64,000 nucleotides of DNA from Eledone cirrhosa (GCA_964016885.1 OZ024742.1:70370001-70434000); one strand, 5' to 3'; positions 50,300 to 64,000 are shown, numbered from the stretch's first letter. Notes: generated from the sequence alone by a model not told the origin. Numbers and translations are program-made.

Positions 50300-51667
50300 A
50301 ATAATAATAAATTTGATGACTAAAATCCAAAGAGGGCTCGATAAGGATAAATATATATCAAATATATAAGAACCGTAGAGCAAATATTTATTAAAATAAC
50401 AGATTAAAGTTTAAGCAAAGAATCGCTGCTTTCACCCTTAACGGGATCTTCTGGGAGATCCTAGCTAGAGCTAGATCGTATAACGGAAATAAAAGACCAT
50501 GTGACCTCTGCGCCGCTGAGGCCCTGGAAATACTCTACGCCAAAGACTACGTCTTAAATAAAAAATCTGAAGCAATTTCGGCTTGTAAACATAAATTGCA
50601 CAAAACTTTCCTGTATTACAGCCCCACATTATACCCTAACGGATAGTACGATCTATACGCAGATATTTTTATGTCTTGATGTGGTAGCTAAGTATATGTT
50701 ATGTTTATACCATTACTTATTTGTATAGGTAAATATATATTACCTGTATGTTTTGTGAAGGTACGTATACTTTCTCGTACGTATATTTGATTGTATATGT
50801 TATGGCGTATATTTTATATATTCTGGTACATATGCTTTTGGTTATGTGTATACGTGAGTTTTGCGTCTGTGTGAGTATGCGGGTTCGTACGTATGTAGGG
50901 TGTGTGTATATGTGTACTTCGTGTTTTGGTTGACGTATGTCTCCGAACATATGTGTATTTACATGTAGGTATGTGTGTGCGCTTGTTATATACGTATTTA
51001 TTTATTTATATACGTTTATTTAATTATTTGTATACATGCACACACACACACACACATATATATATATGTGTGTATATATATATTTATATGTGCGTGGTTT
51101 TGTATACCTATGGCGAGTGTTTTCGTGTATGTATGTATATGGATGCGTGTATGTATTTATTTAATTTCAATTACCTCTGTATTTTATTTACTTTATTCTT
51201 AACTCTGAAGCCGAGAATCATTCGGTTTCATAGTTAGAATTTTAGTCTACGACTTCAGCTATACCATTTACGTGGTTTTGTCTTTGCGCGCAATTGTTCT
51301 CCACGCTCTACATATGACGTATTATCTTCCTTTTTTCCGTTCATTGCCAGAGAACGTCTCTATGAACCACCTAATAGAATATTAGTCTACGACTTCTTTT
51401 ATACCATAAACGTGGTTTTGTCTTTGCGTGTAATTGTTTTTCACCGCTCCAAATAATGACGTATCTTATTCGTTTTTTCCCGTTCTTTGCCAGGGAGCGT
51501 TTCCACGAACCAAAGTATCGTCTTCCTGTCTTCTTCCGGTTGCAACATTTTTTGAAATATTCACTTCTGCGTTCACAGATTGACTTTGTTAGTTTCAGAA
51601 GATCCCGTTAAGGGTGAAAGCAGCGATTCTTTGCTTAAACTTTAATCTGTTATTTTAATAAATATTT
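50300..51667 (+). mobile_element. Short Penelope-like element (different family) with an inverted copy of its 3' end at the 5' truncation
   Basis: WEILARARSYNGNKRPCDLCAAE...LNKKSE..SACKH (GIY-YIG tail) from 50452. Perfect 72-bp inverted repeat 50382-50453 / 51596-51667. A ~140-bp tandem duplication lies at 51242-51512. Confidence 0.82.
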
Positions 51668-51674
51668 ATATATA

Positions 51675-52288
51675 CAGTTTGCCATGTCGTACTTTGCTCA
51701 TAATGGATGCCCTTCTAATACCAACCACGTTTACAGGATGGATCTGGATGGTACCATTACTAGACAAGTCTGACAAGACAAGTCTGACCAATTGGCCGTG
51801 CCATGCTCTGCACAGAGCAGGGCCATGTTTTGGCTGGGTTTTTACGGCTGCTGGAGCACAAACTACGCTTACAGTAGGTTGTCGGCTCAAGTCTTCTGTC
51901 ATACATCGTAGTGCCAGAGGTCTCAGTCCTGTATCATCTTAATCGAGAGGTTCAGCTATGTCAGATCATCCTTTATTATTTCATCCCATGTCTTCCTAGG
52001 TTTTCCTCTTCTAAGGCCCCTATAACTTCAAGCACCCTACACCTTTTTATACAGCTGTCATCCTTCGTGAGCATGTTCATACCATTGCAGTCTTCTCTTC
52101 TGCACACAGCATTTGATCCCTCTTATGCCCAGTTTCATTCTCAGTTCATTTATGCTACAACTACACATCCATCGAAGCATACAGGCTTCATTTCTTTTCA
52201 ATTTACAGAGATCCTCAGCGCACAGTGCCCAGGTTTCACTTCCCTGTAGCATTGCTGTTTGCACATAGGCATCATACAACTTTTCTTT
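51675..52288 (-). mobile_element. Old, diverged RTE 3' fragment
   Basis: [34 protein letters not shown], plus a degenerate 3' UTR. Confidence 0.8.
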
Positions 52289-52898
52289 TACCTACTCTAA
52301 CGGGTTTTTTTTTAAATACCCGCTAAAAGGAACTTCTGTGACAAACAAACTAAAACACACACACCATGATACAAAAGCAAAATAAACTGTGTGTGTTGTG
52401 TGTGTGTGTGCATGTAAACATTTTTTTTTCAAAAAACAACCATGACAAATTTTGATTTCCTCACACACCCTTTCAAAAACATATTCCTAAAATAGATCCT
52501 CTCTGACAAATCCTATCTCTCCACCCCCATACACACCACAAATTATAACTGAACTTTTGACCACTGTTTTAACACAATAGAGATACACACACACATATAG
52601 AAATCTTCTTCCTATAACAATGTTGACCTAAACGCCACTACTTCCCAACCTATAAATAAAAAGTATTTCTCTAAAGTAACTCAGTCATTCACACAACACA
52701 AAATATGAACAAACCTTAAACCCTTAATTTGATAAGATGGATTACATCAAAACCAGTTATATATTATATATTTTATAAAACTTTTTTTTAAAAACTTTTC
52801 TCCTTTTTTCAAAAATTACACTGTCAGATTAAAGAAAAAAAAAGATTCTTTAAATATACTTCCATGGTGTTTCCATTCTTACTTTTTATTTATTTATA

Positions 52899-53033
52899 AT
52901 GGCTTAGTGGTTAGAGCATTGGGCTTGCAATCGAAAGGTTGTGAGTTCAATTCTCGGACTGGGTGATGTGTTGTTTCCTTGAGCAAGACACTTTATTTCA
53001 CATTGTTCCAGTTTACTCAGCTGTAGAAATGAG
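52899..53033 (+). mobile_element. tRNA/CORE SINE 5' half, followed by an old RTE fragment (~53034-53260)
   Basis: Matches 38597-38731. The downstream sequence matches the [18 protein letters not shown] region. Confidence 0.82.
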
Positions 53034-53607
53034 CTACTAGTTCTGCTAACTACAAAAAGTTTTTCCTCAAAATAAAGGGCAGATAATATGATGCATGTAT
53101 AAGTACAGCAATGTTGCATGGTACTGAAACCTGGGCATTGTGTGCAGAGGACCTGCAAAGTTTGGAAAGAAATCAAGTTGGCATGCTTCGATTCATGTAT
53201 ACATGAATGGCAATGCATAAATTAACTGAGAGAGAAAATGGGCATTAGAAGGATCAAAGAAAATTTTTAGAGAATGAAACATATGTAGATCAAATAAATA
53301 ATGTATTAATTGTTAAATCTTGGTGATCTATTACTTGTGTTAATATATGCTCTGTGATTATAAATCTAAGATGACTGGAAGTATACCAACTGATTTGCCT
53401 CTGAAATACCTCTCGCTATTCTGGACATAGAATAAACCATATTTGAGCAGCTTTAAACATCTGAATGCCTTACTGTTGTTTTATCAACTTGTAGAATTTA
53501 CTATATATATATATATGCATACAAATATATGTGGATACCCTTATATGTATATACATCTCATAGTGGGTGCACAGATAAATAATCCTAGATTAAATTAGAA
53601 GAACTAG

Positions 53608-53638
<31 letters not shown>

Positions 53639-53979
53639 GTTTTAGTAAAAATACCGTTAAATGGCCTTTAAAATAGAACTATTAAGGAGTTATTGATTTA
53701 CCATTGGTAAGAAGTGTTGTTCAAATTACTTAAGATTCAGTGGACGAGAAAGGCTTAATTATATTTAAGATAATAATAATTATATTAGAGTGTCTGGGGT
53801 TAGCAACTTGTTTAAGAAGTGGGGAGATCTATAGATTAAAACTAGTAAAGTTTTAGTTAAATTTTATTACTATTATGTTAAACTATTATGTGGTTATGGT
53901 TCAGTGAATAACACAAATTTAATATTTACTATAGTAAAAAGATTTGGAACTTTAATGTGGGCAGGTAGAAAGAATCTCC

Positions 53980-55020
53980 AATTTTCTGTTTAGGATAATA
54001 AAGTTAGACTTCAAAATTGAGAGGCATTCCGTGAGGTTCAAATACACCTTCGATTTCCAGGATGGTATGATTGGGCAATTTTAAGAACTTTTCAATTAAT
54101 GGAATATTCTACATTGGCCTCTTTCAGGTCCCATACATAACGGGCTAATGAGGTTGAGTTACTCAGGTTTTTCTACCTAAAAGAGTGACGATGCATATAA
54201 TATCTAGATTTAAAGCTATTTGAGGTAGTATGCGTAGATATAGTACATTGAAGAACCAAATTTTCAGTTCGACAATTACCGGAAAGTGGGCAAGTAGAAG
54301 GGTTGCTACAGTTACAGTTTCTGTTAGATATTAGGTTACTATTGAAGTTAGAACCTTGACAATGGATTGTTGTGTGGAAGTTAAGATCATTGCTGCTGGG
54401 ATAACCACTTATTTCTATATTGCCTTCGTTAGTACTAAATTTGAGCATAATATTATATTTTCTTATTTTTCATGTTATTGCTAGACATTAAATAGTTGGC
54501 TAGATTAGGAGTAGTAGAGTAAGATACTTTTACAGTATTCTTATTAAGTATTGTATAGTGATCGTGGATTGGAGAGAAGTTGTTCACTAGGATATTAAAA
54601 AATAGTTTTGGAATATTAGAGGCAATGTGTTTACTAAATGGTGGGTACATTACCTCTATTTTCCCTGAGTTTGTAATTATCGCTATAATTACTAGTTTTT
54701 GTTGTTATCCTATTGAATAGAGAACAATTGTTCAGTTTAAATGCATCTTTATTGTTCGAATTGGGTCTATGTAGAGTTATAATTATGTGAGATAATATTG
54801 TTATAATTTTTGTTGACTCCCTGGGGGTTATCTTTGAACACAATTTTATCATTATAGCCAGATTTATGTAGTGCTTTATTGTAACTGTGATCAAAGCCAG
54901 CTTGGATAGAGGAGAGTCTAAAGATACAGTTAGATACATTGTTAACAATAGATTTTAGTATTGATCTTGGATGGATGGATTGATGTTCCCCCGGTTTATG
55001 AAAGGGTTTGTAATTGTAAC
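53980..55020 (-). pseudogene. Decayed Penelope-like RT/GIY-YIG remnant
   Basis: YKPFHKP, HPRSILKSIVNN, PPFSKHIASNIPKLFF, NKNTVKVSYSTTPN, CNCSNPSTCPLSGNC; homologous to ORF 7692-9122. Confidence 0.85.
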
Positions 55021-55249
55021 TCGGAACGCCTGCTATTACCAACCCATATCATGTTCTCTACCTCTGACCTTCCTTTATATTGGAGCAAAGAACTTGACTA
55101 ACAATAAGTAGTCAATCAATAATGTGAAAACAAATTACTATTGTGGCCTCTGAATTATTGTTCTTTTTTCTTTTTTTCTGTATGTTACTTAACTACCACC
55201 AATAAATGATCCTCTAATGTTCACAAAAAATAATAATAATAATGATAAT

Positions 55250-55630
55250 CATCATCATTTTACGTCCGCTCTTCCCTGCTTGCAAGGGTGGGACGGGAAC
55301 TGATTCTGGCTTGATTTCTACAGCTGGATGCCCTTCCTAACACCAACCTCATTTACAGAGAGTGATGGAAGCTTTTTTTTTCCGTGGCGCCTACACGTCC
55401 ACTTTACAGTGTGGGCTGGGTGCTTTTTTGCCGTGACACCTCCACGACCACTTTGCAGTGGAATGATAGGGACCCCAGTCCTATCATCTCATTTCTACAG
55501 CTGAGTAAACTGGAGCAATGTGAAATAAAGTGTCTTGCTCAAGGAAACAACACATCATCCGGTCTGAGAATTGAACTCACAACCTTTCGATTGCAAGGCC
55601 AATGCTCTAACCACTAAGCAATATGCCTCC
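55250..55630 (-). mobile_element. Full-length tRNA/CORE SINE with a longer RTE-derived tail
   Basis: Reverse-complement homologue of 38589-38924 with one extra tail module. Confidence 0.88.
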
Positions 55631-55952
55631 ATTATTATAATAATAATAATATGTACCACTTTTTACCACAGCATAAAAACACAATTCTTCTATTTACCAC
55701 TTTATAATTCTACCCTGATTCACTTACTTTCTTCAATTGCTTGCCTATATTCAACATTTGATAATGCCTATGTTCGTGATATATGTATTTGGTTAAATTC
55801 AATCCCTTTTGATAATTCTTGATGATATGCAAGTATTTATGTATTATGATTTGTGTAAATAATCGTTAATTAATTCTTTGACTGACTGACATTGTTTACA
55901 TATGAATGTAAGAAATGATCGTAGAAATTAAAAATGGATTTAATTTGTGCAT

Positions 55953-56380
55953 GGGAAGGCGGGTCTTCTGTATAACTGCATAATGCCAAAGATCTCAATA
56001 CTGTGTCATTGCCTTTGAGAGGTGTAATTGTGCAAGGTCAGTTTTTATCACCTCATCCCTGGCCCTCCTACTCCATAGTTTCTATCAACTTTGATTGCCC
56101 TGCACCTTTTTATACAGCTATCCTCTTTCATACACATTACATGACCATACCAATGCAATCTCCTCGCTTGCATAGTGCATCTGATCCCTCTTATGCATAA
56201 TTTCTCTCTCAGTTCATTTATGCTTTGCAGGCTTCAATTCTTTCCAATCTTCACAGGTCCTCTGCACAGCATGCCCAGGTCTCACTACCATGCAAAATTG
56301 CTGTTTGTATACATGCATTATATAATCTGCCTTTCACTTTGAGAGAAAAACCTTTTGTAGCTAGCAGCAGTAGTAGCTCT
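55953..56380 (-). mobile_element. Old RTE C-terminal fragment
   Basis: LLATKGFSLKVKGRLYNACIQTAILHGSETW. Confidence 0.8.
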
Positions 56381-57159
56381 ATACATAAATATATATAGAG
56401 AGAGAGAGATTTTGCAGTGCTGAGACTGAGGAGATCACAAATCATGGGAGTACTCAATGCATGGGGATAGAGGAACCCTTGAAAAGGTTTCCTTAACACA
56501 AGCTGAAACTGCTTAGCTTTGTGGTCGAGTTTATACCCCCCTCCCCTCTGTGTGTGTGCGCGTGTGTGTGTGTGTGCACATGTGGGTGCATGTGTGATAT
56601 ATATGTAGAGCCTGCAAATTAGACAGATCATTGCAGGAATTTTCTATATTCTGATGACATATATAGCATTGTCATAGTAATATTTCTCTAGCAATACAGT
56701 AGCTTTTGATGTTCCATTATATGTACTTGTTGAAGAGTACCCAGTAATAGAAAACTTTCCAAAGTAAGCATCAGGACTCTTCAGTTGTATAAAAGATATG
56801 ACAACCTCCATAGTGATGGTGGTTCCACAATAAAATGCACCCAGTGGACTGTGTAGAGTACACGAATGCATGCAAGCAAGATGCAGGGCCCCAGATTGTC
56901 TGACAGGTCTGTAGCTCCATATAAGTACTAACTAGATGCTGAATCTGAACCCTCATACACAATGTTTATAGACACATTAACAATGTACGTGTGTATCATC
57001 ATTTTATATCCACTTTCAATGCTGGACACACACATACCTACAGGCCCAGTTCTAGACACAGCAATATCAACAATACAAGTTATTTACCAAAAAGTCTAGA
57101 GTTCAAATCTATTGCACATATTTTGCTATGTATTTTAGAAAAAAAATGAACAACTTAAT

Positions 57160-57600
57160 CGCTTCAGCTACAAACCCTGGTACTGCAGCCCGCAATGCAG
57201 AAGAAAGGGATACAGACAAACACCAGAAATTGTCCATCAGTTTCCTCTTCACATCGGTCGCCATCAAGACCTCAGGCATCTTTAAACCTCGTACTGCTGA
57301 GCTCCTCTGTAAGATAGGAATGTCAGCAGCCCATTTGAGGAAAGAGCCTCACAAGGTGGGGTGGCTGTTGCAGCAGGTGTTGCTGGCCATTTTCTGAGGA
57401 AATGCTTTTGCAGTTTTGTCTACGGGGCACAGCTCCAACACTGTCATGTTTTAGGCCCAGAGACCATCACCCTCCTTTTCCTCTCATTTATAGATTTTAT
57501 AGTCCTTTCCTCTACTTTCCCACACAGCCAGATCTGCCCTGCTTTACTCCTTCCCCATTTGTAATGTTATTTATACAATTGTAAATAAAGCTTATATAAA
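57160..57600 (+). mobile_element. Decayed CRE-like RLE retrotransposon 3' end
   Basis: GTAARNAEERD-DKHQKL...VAIKTSGIF...LLCKIG...LLQQVLLAIF*GNAFAVL resembles the CRE C-terminal QRGNA region. Confidence 0.6.
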
Positions 57601-57939
57601 TTTGTTTCTCATCACTTTTCAAAATTAGATGTTTTCTTTAAATAGTTTTACTCCATCAGTTGCAGCTTGCCAAAACACTTCCAACAAGTTCTAAACGACT
57701 TCTCTGTGTTAATTTTTTCTGGAGATATGAATTTATTCCCAAATTTAGCATTCTGGGCACACTGTGTCCAGTTGCTTAATTAACACAAATTAATTCACCA
57801 ATTATTGTCTCACAACAAATGTGACAAAATTTTAATTAATTATTTACTGACTCCTGAAATATTACAGTGGAGACCACTTTACATTTATCCTTAGTCTTTC
57901 AAGCCTTAAGGAATTAGGGAGAACTAAAGTGTTGTGAAG

Positions 57940-58078
57940 GTGGTGGCAGAATGATTAGGGCATCAAACAACCTGACTTGCAGTATTTGTTCCAGTTCTTT
58001 ATGTTCTGAATTCAAATCTTGCTGCAGTCAACTTTGCTATTTATCCTTTCAGAATCAGTAAAATAGGGTACCAGTCCA
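57940..58078 (+). mobile_element. Degenerate tRNA-derived SINE (related remnants at ~59415-59590 and ~62040-62090)
   Basis: tggcagaatgattag (A-box-like)...gttctgaattcaaatc (B-box-like)...tcaactttgc...taaaatagggtaccag. Confidence 0.55.
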
Positions 58079-58488
58079 GAGTGGTGTATTCACAGAAGTG
58101 TCAGAATACTGAACAAAATACTTTGCAATATTTGTTCTGGTTCTTTACATTCTATATACCTAGGCAGGTATGAAGAACGGGTTTGTTAAAAATACCCAAA
58201 GGTAGGCAACAAGGAAGCCACTTTATATTCTACCACAAAAAGTCCATGAGAGGCACATATCACTTGTCATGGAAGTAACTGGAACTGTTTGTTGACCTGA
58301 TTGTACATGAAAGGGGAAATGGATGACCTATAAGAAGTGGGCCAACGCAGTCAGCAGATCCTTACAATGTTAACTTGACTCTAAGAGCAATAATGGGTTC
58401 ACTGTAAACAAAACACTTTAAAGAAAGAAGGATCCCAATCTAGAAATGTGCCCCTTCTGAATTTTCAAAAATGAAGTTATTAACTTAC

Positions 58489-58608
58489 CTGTTTCTCTGC
58501 TATTAAAGACATCCTCTGAACATTGAGCTTCTCTTCATATTCTGACTCCAAACTGGCTCGAAGTTGCTTCAACTCTTGCTGGTGCCTTAAAGATTCTTCT
58601 TGCCTGGC
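58489..58608 (-). CDS. Internal host-gene exon encoding a coiled coil (ARQEESLRHQQELKQLRASLESEYEEKLNVQRMSLIAEKQ)
   Basis: ccctctcAG acceptor, 120-bp stop-free phase 0-0 exon, CAG|GTAAGT donor, E/Q/K/L-rich heptad composition. Confidence 0.75.
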
Positions 58609-59960
58609 CTGAGAGGGGACAACAGAGGTTCCAATGAAGGGTTCAATAAAAGGGTCAACTTAACTGTCTAGAAACTTCCATACGAAACCAAATTTATTAG
58701 ATTTAGCGAGAAGGGCATGTTAAAATTAGAAGGATTTATGGGAAATAGTTCACAGAAATAGCAAGCAACAGAGAATGAGAAGGGTGTGAGAGCTGGGTTT
58801 CACTGCTGTCTATATTGGTGTTGGTCCAAATCTTTCCTTCAATTAACATTACTTTCTGTGGTTTAAGCATAACCATTCCTAATGACCACAGACCTCTTGC
58901 TTTCTGTGGTTAATAAAATAAGTACTTGTAATATACTGGTTCAATTGCTATCCTGTCTAAAGAAATAACTCAATAACAGTAATAAATGTCATATAGAACA
59001 TACTTAACACCATGTAATGACTTAGCAGAAAATGTCTAAAAATGGGTTTTTAATTAAAATTAGTTAACAGATTGTTGTGAAAATTTGCAAAACTGTACTT
59101 TGTAATGTGATGCAGTCATAGTGCTGTTTTGTTTTATACTTTCAAAAATATCTTGCTAATGTGGTTTCATGCAGTACAGTATGTTAAGAGTTAAAGTTAT
59201 TTACTCAGTGAGGGCAGGGAGTGTAGGAGGTGCTGATTAGTGAGTTCAAATCTACATGTTTACAGAAACAAATACAATTGATGAGCAAAAAAGATCAAAA
59301 GATCATATTTTAGGTAAAGTAGTGATTTATGTAGACCAAGCTGGTCGACAAATCAAAACCTCTCACCATCAAAAATAATTAATTATTATTTCAATAATAA
59401 TGATAATAATAAAGGGTGGTTCATGAGCAGAATCATTAGGGCATTGCACAAAATGATTCGCAACATTTATTCCAGTTCGTTTGCTTTTCATCCTTACGGA
59501 GTCAATAAAATAAAGTACCAGTAAAGCACTGGGGGAGGATAACGACCCCCCCCCCCTTCTCTTCAAATTGCTAGCCTTATGCCAAAAGTAGAAACAACTG
59601 TTATTTCTCAGATAATTACAATGTAAAAACATTTGGGAGTGGTTCAGTCGTCAAATATATTAACACCAATATATAACTTTTATTGACTAGATGAGGGAAA
59701 GGTCAATTAAGTTGAGAGAATTTGATTTCAGAATATAATAATATAAGTTCATACTGTAAGCAATTTTGTCTGTTGCTCTACCAATTCTGCCATTCCATCT
59801 CAGAATTTCAGGCATAATATTCTAAAAATGTTTTCAAATTACTTCATGGTCCTCCCCTCACTGGAATCTTGCAGAAATGGGAGGGGAAAGAATTTAACTG
59901 ATCAACATAGATGTGGGAAAGTTATTGAATAGTGTGTCTTTATTACATGGTGTGACAGTG

Positions 59961-60140
59961 AGGGTGGTGTGGCGTCATACACTACAGGATGACAAGTAAG
60001 GTAGTCTGTCATACGCCATAGGGTGTCAAGGAAGGCGGTTTGTCATACACCATAGAGGTGGTCTGTCATACACCATAGGGTGAGAAGTAGGGTGATCTGT
60101 TATACACCATAAGGCGACAGAGAAGGTGGTCTGTCATATA
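59961..60140. repeat. Degenerate ~33-bp minisatellite
   Basis: ggtggtctgtcatacaccatagggtgacaagta-like unit, about 6 copies. Confidence 0.8.
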
Positions 60141-63100
60141 TACATCCCCCTACATGGGTTTCTTTACAAAGGGTGACATCCTAAACAAAAAAGCAGCCGT
60201 GTGTGTGCGAAGTAGTTGGGCAAATGATTAAGTGGTGTGATCAACAGGTCTATTGTACAGAAAGGTCAATCAAATGACTAGTTGTGGTGTCATAAACAGA
60301 CCTATGGTAAAATGACAAGATGTGGTGACTAACATCTTGTCAGTGAAATCACTAAGTATAGTGTGATCAACAGAGGTATTGTTAGTGATATGCTATATCT
60401 CCACCTAATGAAGATCCATACTCTACAGAAAATGCAGTATGGCAGTCCTGGAATATTACTGTTGGTATTTAACCTCATATTAGCTATGATCAACTGTGTT
60501 CCAACCATGACAAACCAATCATTTATTCATTCATACACTATATCTTGAAAAACATTGTTGAATGTAGGACAGCAGAATGTGATCCGAAGATTTGATTGTT
60601 ATTTCTAACAGATTGATTAATCATGTAGCAGCTCCATTTGTGTGTACTTCAATACATAACTCCATGTTATATATCACAATTTTAAAGTTATGCAGTCATC
60701 CTGAATTTTTTTTATTGAAAAAGAGAAATTAATATTTTTATAAATTTCTTCATTTCATTACTTTTGGAAATATTTTAATTTCACCAAGAGGAAACTTGAT
60801 GGCAGATTAAAAAGTATTTTTGCATGTTAATATAAATAAACTGAGTTACTGATACCAAGATGTGTTTCATGGATATCTTGTAAATAAATTTACATGTATA
60901 TGGTGTGCAAATAGATGCCATGGTTAAAGCACTTACTATATCTTACTAAACAACAACTTGAATAGTTTTACAGGTCTTTACAAGCCCATCAGAAAAGTTT
61001 ACTCATCCAATCTAGTTGCCAATGAATGTACAAATATGCAAATGAGTAACAGCAATGCTAATTCATCACATTTTTTATAAGTAGCTCTAAGCTGGGCTCT
61101 CTCAGCCCCTGCTCTCACCCCTCACAGTAGATCAGAAATACACATTCCTACTGAAAGTAAAAGGTAGCACTTGTCAGGTTATTCTTCAGTCTATTCTGCA
61201 AAGAGAGCCCTGTAATTTAACCACTAGGTCTATTTGCACAAATTTATTTCCAAGGGTCAAATTCATGAAAGTTTCAACTGTCTTTGCAGTAAACACTCAG
61301 TCAATTTTAACCCTTTCATTGTCATATTTCTAATGAAAGATAATGTCTATGGTTTTCAAATAATTTTGAAAATAATCAAAAATTTGGAGGGATATAGTTG
61401 GTTTTTGAAAGATAACTTAAAGGTTCTAACAGAAAATTCAGGTAAATATAAACCAGGAGCAGTATTAGGCAGTTTAATATCAAAAGGGTTGAAATTATAA
61501 TGTAACTTGAAATAAAGAAAAGAAGCTCATTTTATGTTTTTGTAAAAACTTCAAAACTGACACCCACTGAACTGGTTTCCTTTAACACCCATATATCTAT
61601 CCTAATATCCTATATTTATGTTGTTGACACACAATTAACCCTGTATAAATCAATAAAGATTGTAAATCACAATCATCATATTTTTTGTTTGGTCCCTTAC
61701 AGGAATATACCCTGTTCTCTTTGGCGTCAACAAACACCGCCACATGACTATACCATTACTAGCACTATGATCTTGTTTTCTAACCACACTAAGTCAAACT
61801 TGTACATCAGCCCCCAACATGAGTCAAAGGTCAGACAGTTACAGGTTGTTGAATTACTCATTAATTGCAGCTATTTTGATGTAATGTCTACTATCAGACT
61901 GAACATGCAATAAGGAAAAGAAAGAAAAGAGGCAATCTTCAGATGAAAGGAAACTATGATTCCATTAGTCTTTTTATTACTGATACTATCTGTCAATTCT
62001 AACTCCTGGCTGACACCTTACTACTTTCTTGATGGCAGATGGTAGGATTTGAACTCAGAACTGCCCCTGGACCGGTACTTTATTTATCAGGCAGACAGCC
62101 AGAACTAATAGTGCAAAGTATTTAGTACAAATTTTTATAACTGCCAATTTGCTGTCAGTGTTATTAAGTGATCTAAATTTACCTTCAGGTCCCTTATTAA
62201 TCATTGATCCAAATGCCAAGGGAACACTAGCAGCAGCAGTGTTCAATATATTTCATGAACATTTCCCCTGAAGGATTTTAACAGAGAAATGCAACAAGTT
62301 AAGCTGCAACAGTATGTTGCAAATTCACATCGACAGTGCACTTCTACATCTGCATATCTCTAACACACATACACATCACCTGTGCTCACAACTTTCAAGC
62401 CCAGATTCCCCCTGGCAAAGTTAAGATTCCTAGCCAATAATCCCTTAATCTTTTTGTGGTGTTACAGTGATGTGTAGCTGACTAAAACAGTAAGATGATC
62501 AGTGGTGAAGGAATCATCTATGATGGATTCTATTTTAATTCCTTAGGCAAGTTATTTTTACTTCCTTCAGTAATAGAGGATAAATTAAGCTTTTGATAAT
62601 AGTCTTGAGTACACTATGTAAACAAAACAGAGTCACCATGGTTGGAATGTCTTTAATTACATGTCAGATAAGAAAGCTATGGAGATATCACAGATTGTGA
62701 CAATAACAAGTGAACAATATCCCTAAACATAACCTTACAGTAGGTGACAGGGTACCTGCAGAGATTTTGACTTGCTGATGTGGGTTAAATATCCATGACA
62801 CAGATGTATAGTGAAGACAAATCTTTTATATATCCCAACCATATTGTGTTTATCAACCAGCATATGAGGATCTTTGGCAGGTTAAGAGACAAATCAGGGA
62901 ATAATTCCTCATCACAAGAAAAGGATGTCAAACAAGATTGAACACTCAACTGGTATTCAGTTTATATAACTATATTATATCAGAATTGGTGGTCCAAGGG
63001 AAAGTGCCAAGTCAATAGACTTCAGACGAGGTTTTAATAATAACAGTATTAGAGTTAATTAAAGACAGAAATATTTAGCATATTCTCAGAATAATTTGGT

Positions 63101-64000
63101 GATGAAAGGTCTTTTAAAATCAGTGTTTGATAATCTGCAACCTCCTGGGTCAGCGGTTTATAGATTAAATCCTGCTTAATTGATGTTTAACCCCAGGTCA
63201 GACTTGATCGAACAAACCTATGATGAAAGATATTTTATTCATGATAATCTAATTCTGCTTTGTTTTCAAACACAGTGCATTCAGGACTACAATGTCCAAT
63301 GTGCCCTTCCTTATTTAAGACAGTAGGGTGTGATTTGAGGTAGATTTATCTGCTATTTCTAGCAAGCCAGAGCAACCAGGTAAAGGCTCCCTTGTTGTCT
63401 TAAAAGCTTGGTAGATAGATTATGTTATTCGGCTTCTGTGGATACCAAACATGACAAACAACACCAACAATGACCCACTATGTTGATTAGTTAGAAAGAA
63501 GCAGGTTTGATAAACACATACACACAAAACACAAGTGGAAATAATATTTAGAAATCATGCAAAATTAATTCTAATTTACAATTGCCACAATTTGCCCTGA
63601 CCCCTATTTTTGTTATACTCCTCCTGAGATCGAACACTGGCTTGAGAAGGAGAAATTATAGCTGACATACTGTTAATACAGTTATACCAATATGCTCAGT
63701 GATAATCATTTTACAAAACTTTCGATGCTGGTATGGGTTGGATGGGGTGTTACAGTCTGAACTGGTTCTTATTTGGAATTGCTACTGATTAGATGGGTTG
63801 AAGGAACATGTGTCACTCATGTGGCTATCATCATCAACACTACTGCATTGTGATTGAACCAAACACTGAACCAACCTCTGCCTGTTTATCCAGCTGCATA
63901 TGAAGTCCAGATAACAACAGCAGAGCATATGAAGTAACATGGCAAACGAATTTTGTAAATGTCACAATTTGTAGAGCAATACAACCCTGCTGACATGGAA

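Noticed and set aside
51200-51237. Hairpin in the PLE 3' UTR as a possible SECIS element
   Set aside because: It lacks the AUGA/GA quartet geometry and apical AA on the sense strand, and there is no in-frame UGA in the visible ORF tail.
56651-56680. CTGATGA as a hammerhead core
   Set aside because: No properly placed GAAA or stems I and III.
59961-60140. CRISPR-like array
   Set aside because: Degenerate minisatellite with related inter-unit sequence and no cas genes.
62183-62267. Possible second minus-strand exon (cttcAG...AAG|GTAAAT)
   Set aside because: Stop codons occur in all three frames.

Overview
This is eukaryotic, AT-rich, transposon-saturated DNA. The repeat content looks like an octopod cephalopod, but that is inference. 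Positions 1-56,400 are a pile-up of mobile elements separated by long, imperfect (TA)n/(TACA)n microsatellites, which produce the many spurious IYIY/YTYI ORFs. The elements are: one full-length and about 10 truncated RTE LINEs (APE-RT with an inserted PHD finger); a second RTE family whose 3' end is shared with a tRNA/CORE SINE; an RTE-BovB-like element with three C2H2 fingers and a bipartite non-autonomous relative; CR1-like, R4/Dong-like and CRE-like LINE remnants; a complete Helitron whose Rep lacks motif 1; and several Penelope-like elements (PLEs) with minimal type I hammerhead ribozymes. Three structures stand out: (i) a ~9.8 kb palindrome centred on a fold-back inside a PLE that also duplicates the flanking microsatellite and RTE; (ii) a covarying tandem array of H-type pseudoknots in the RTE/SINE 3' UTRs; (iii) a non-coding island with two intact hammerheads whose cut sites are 177 nt apart. 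There is a 200-N gap at 14,032-14,231. The last ~7 kb is mostly intron-like, with one convincing minus-strand coiled-coil exon at 58,489-58,608. RNA structures and family assignments were made by eye and no searches were run.
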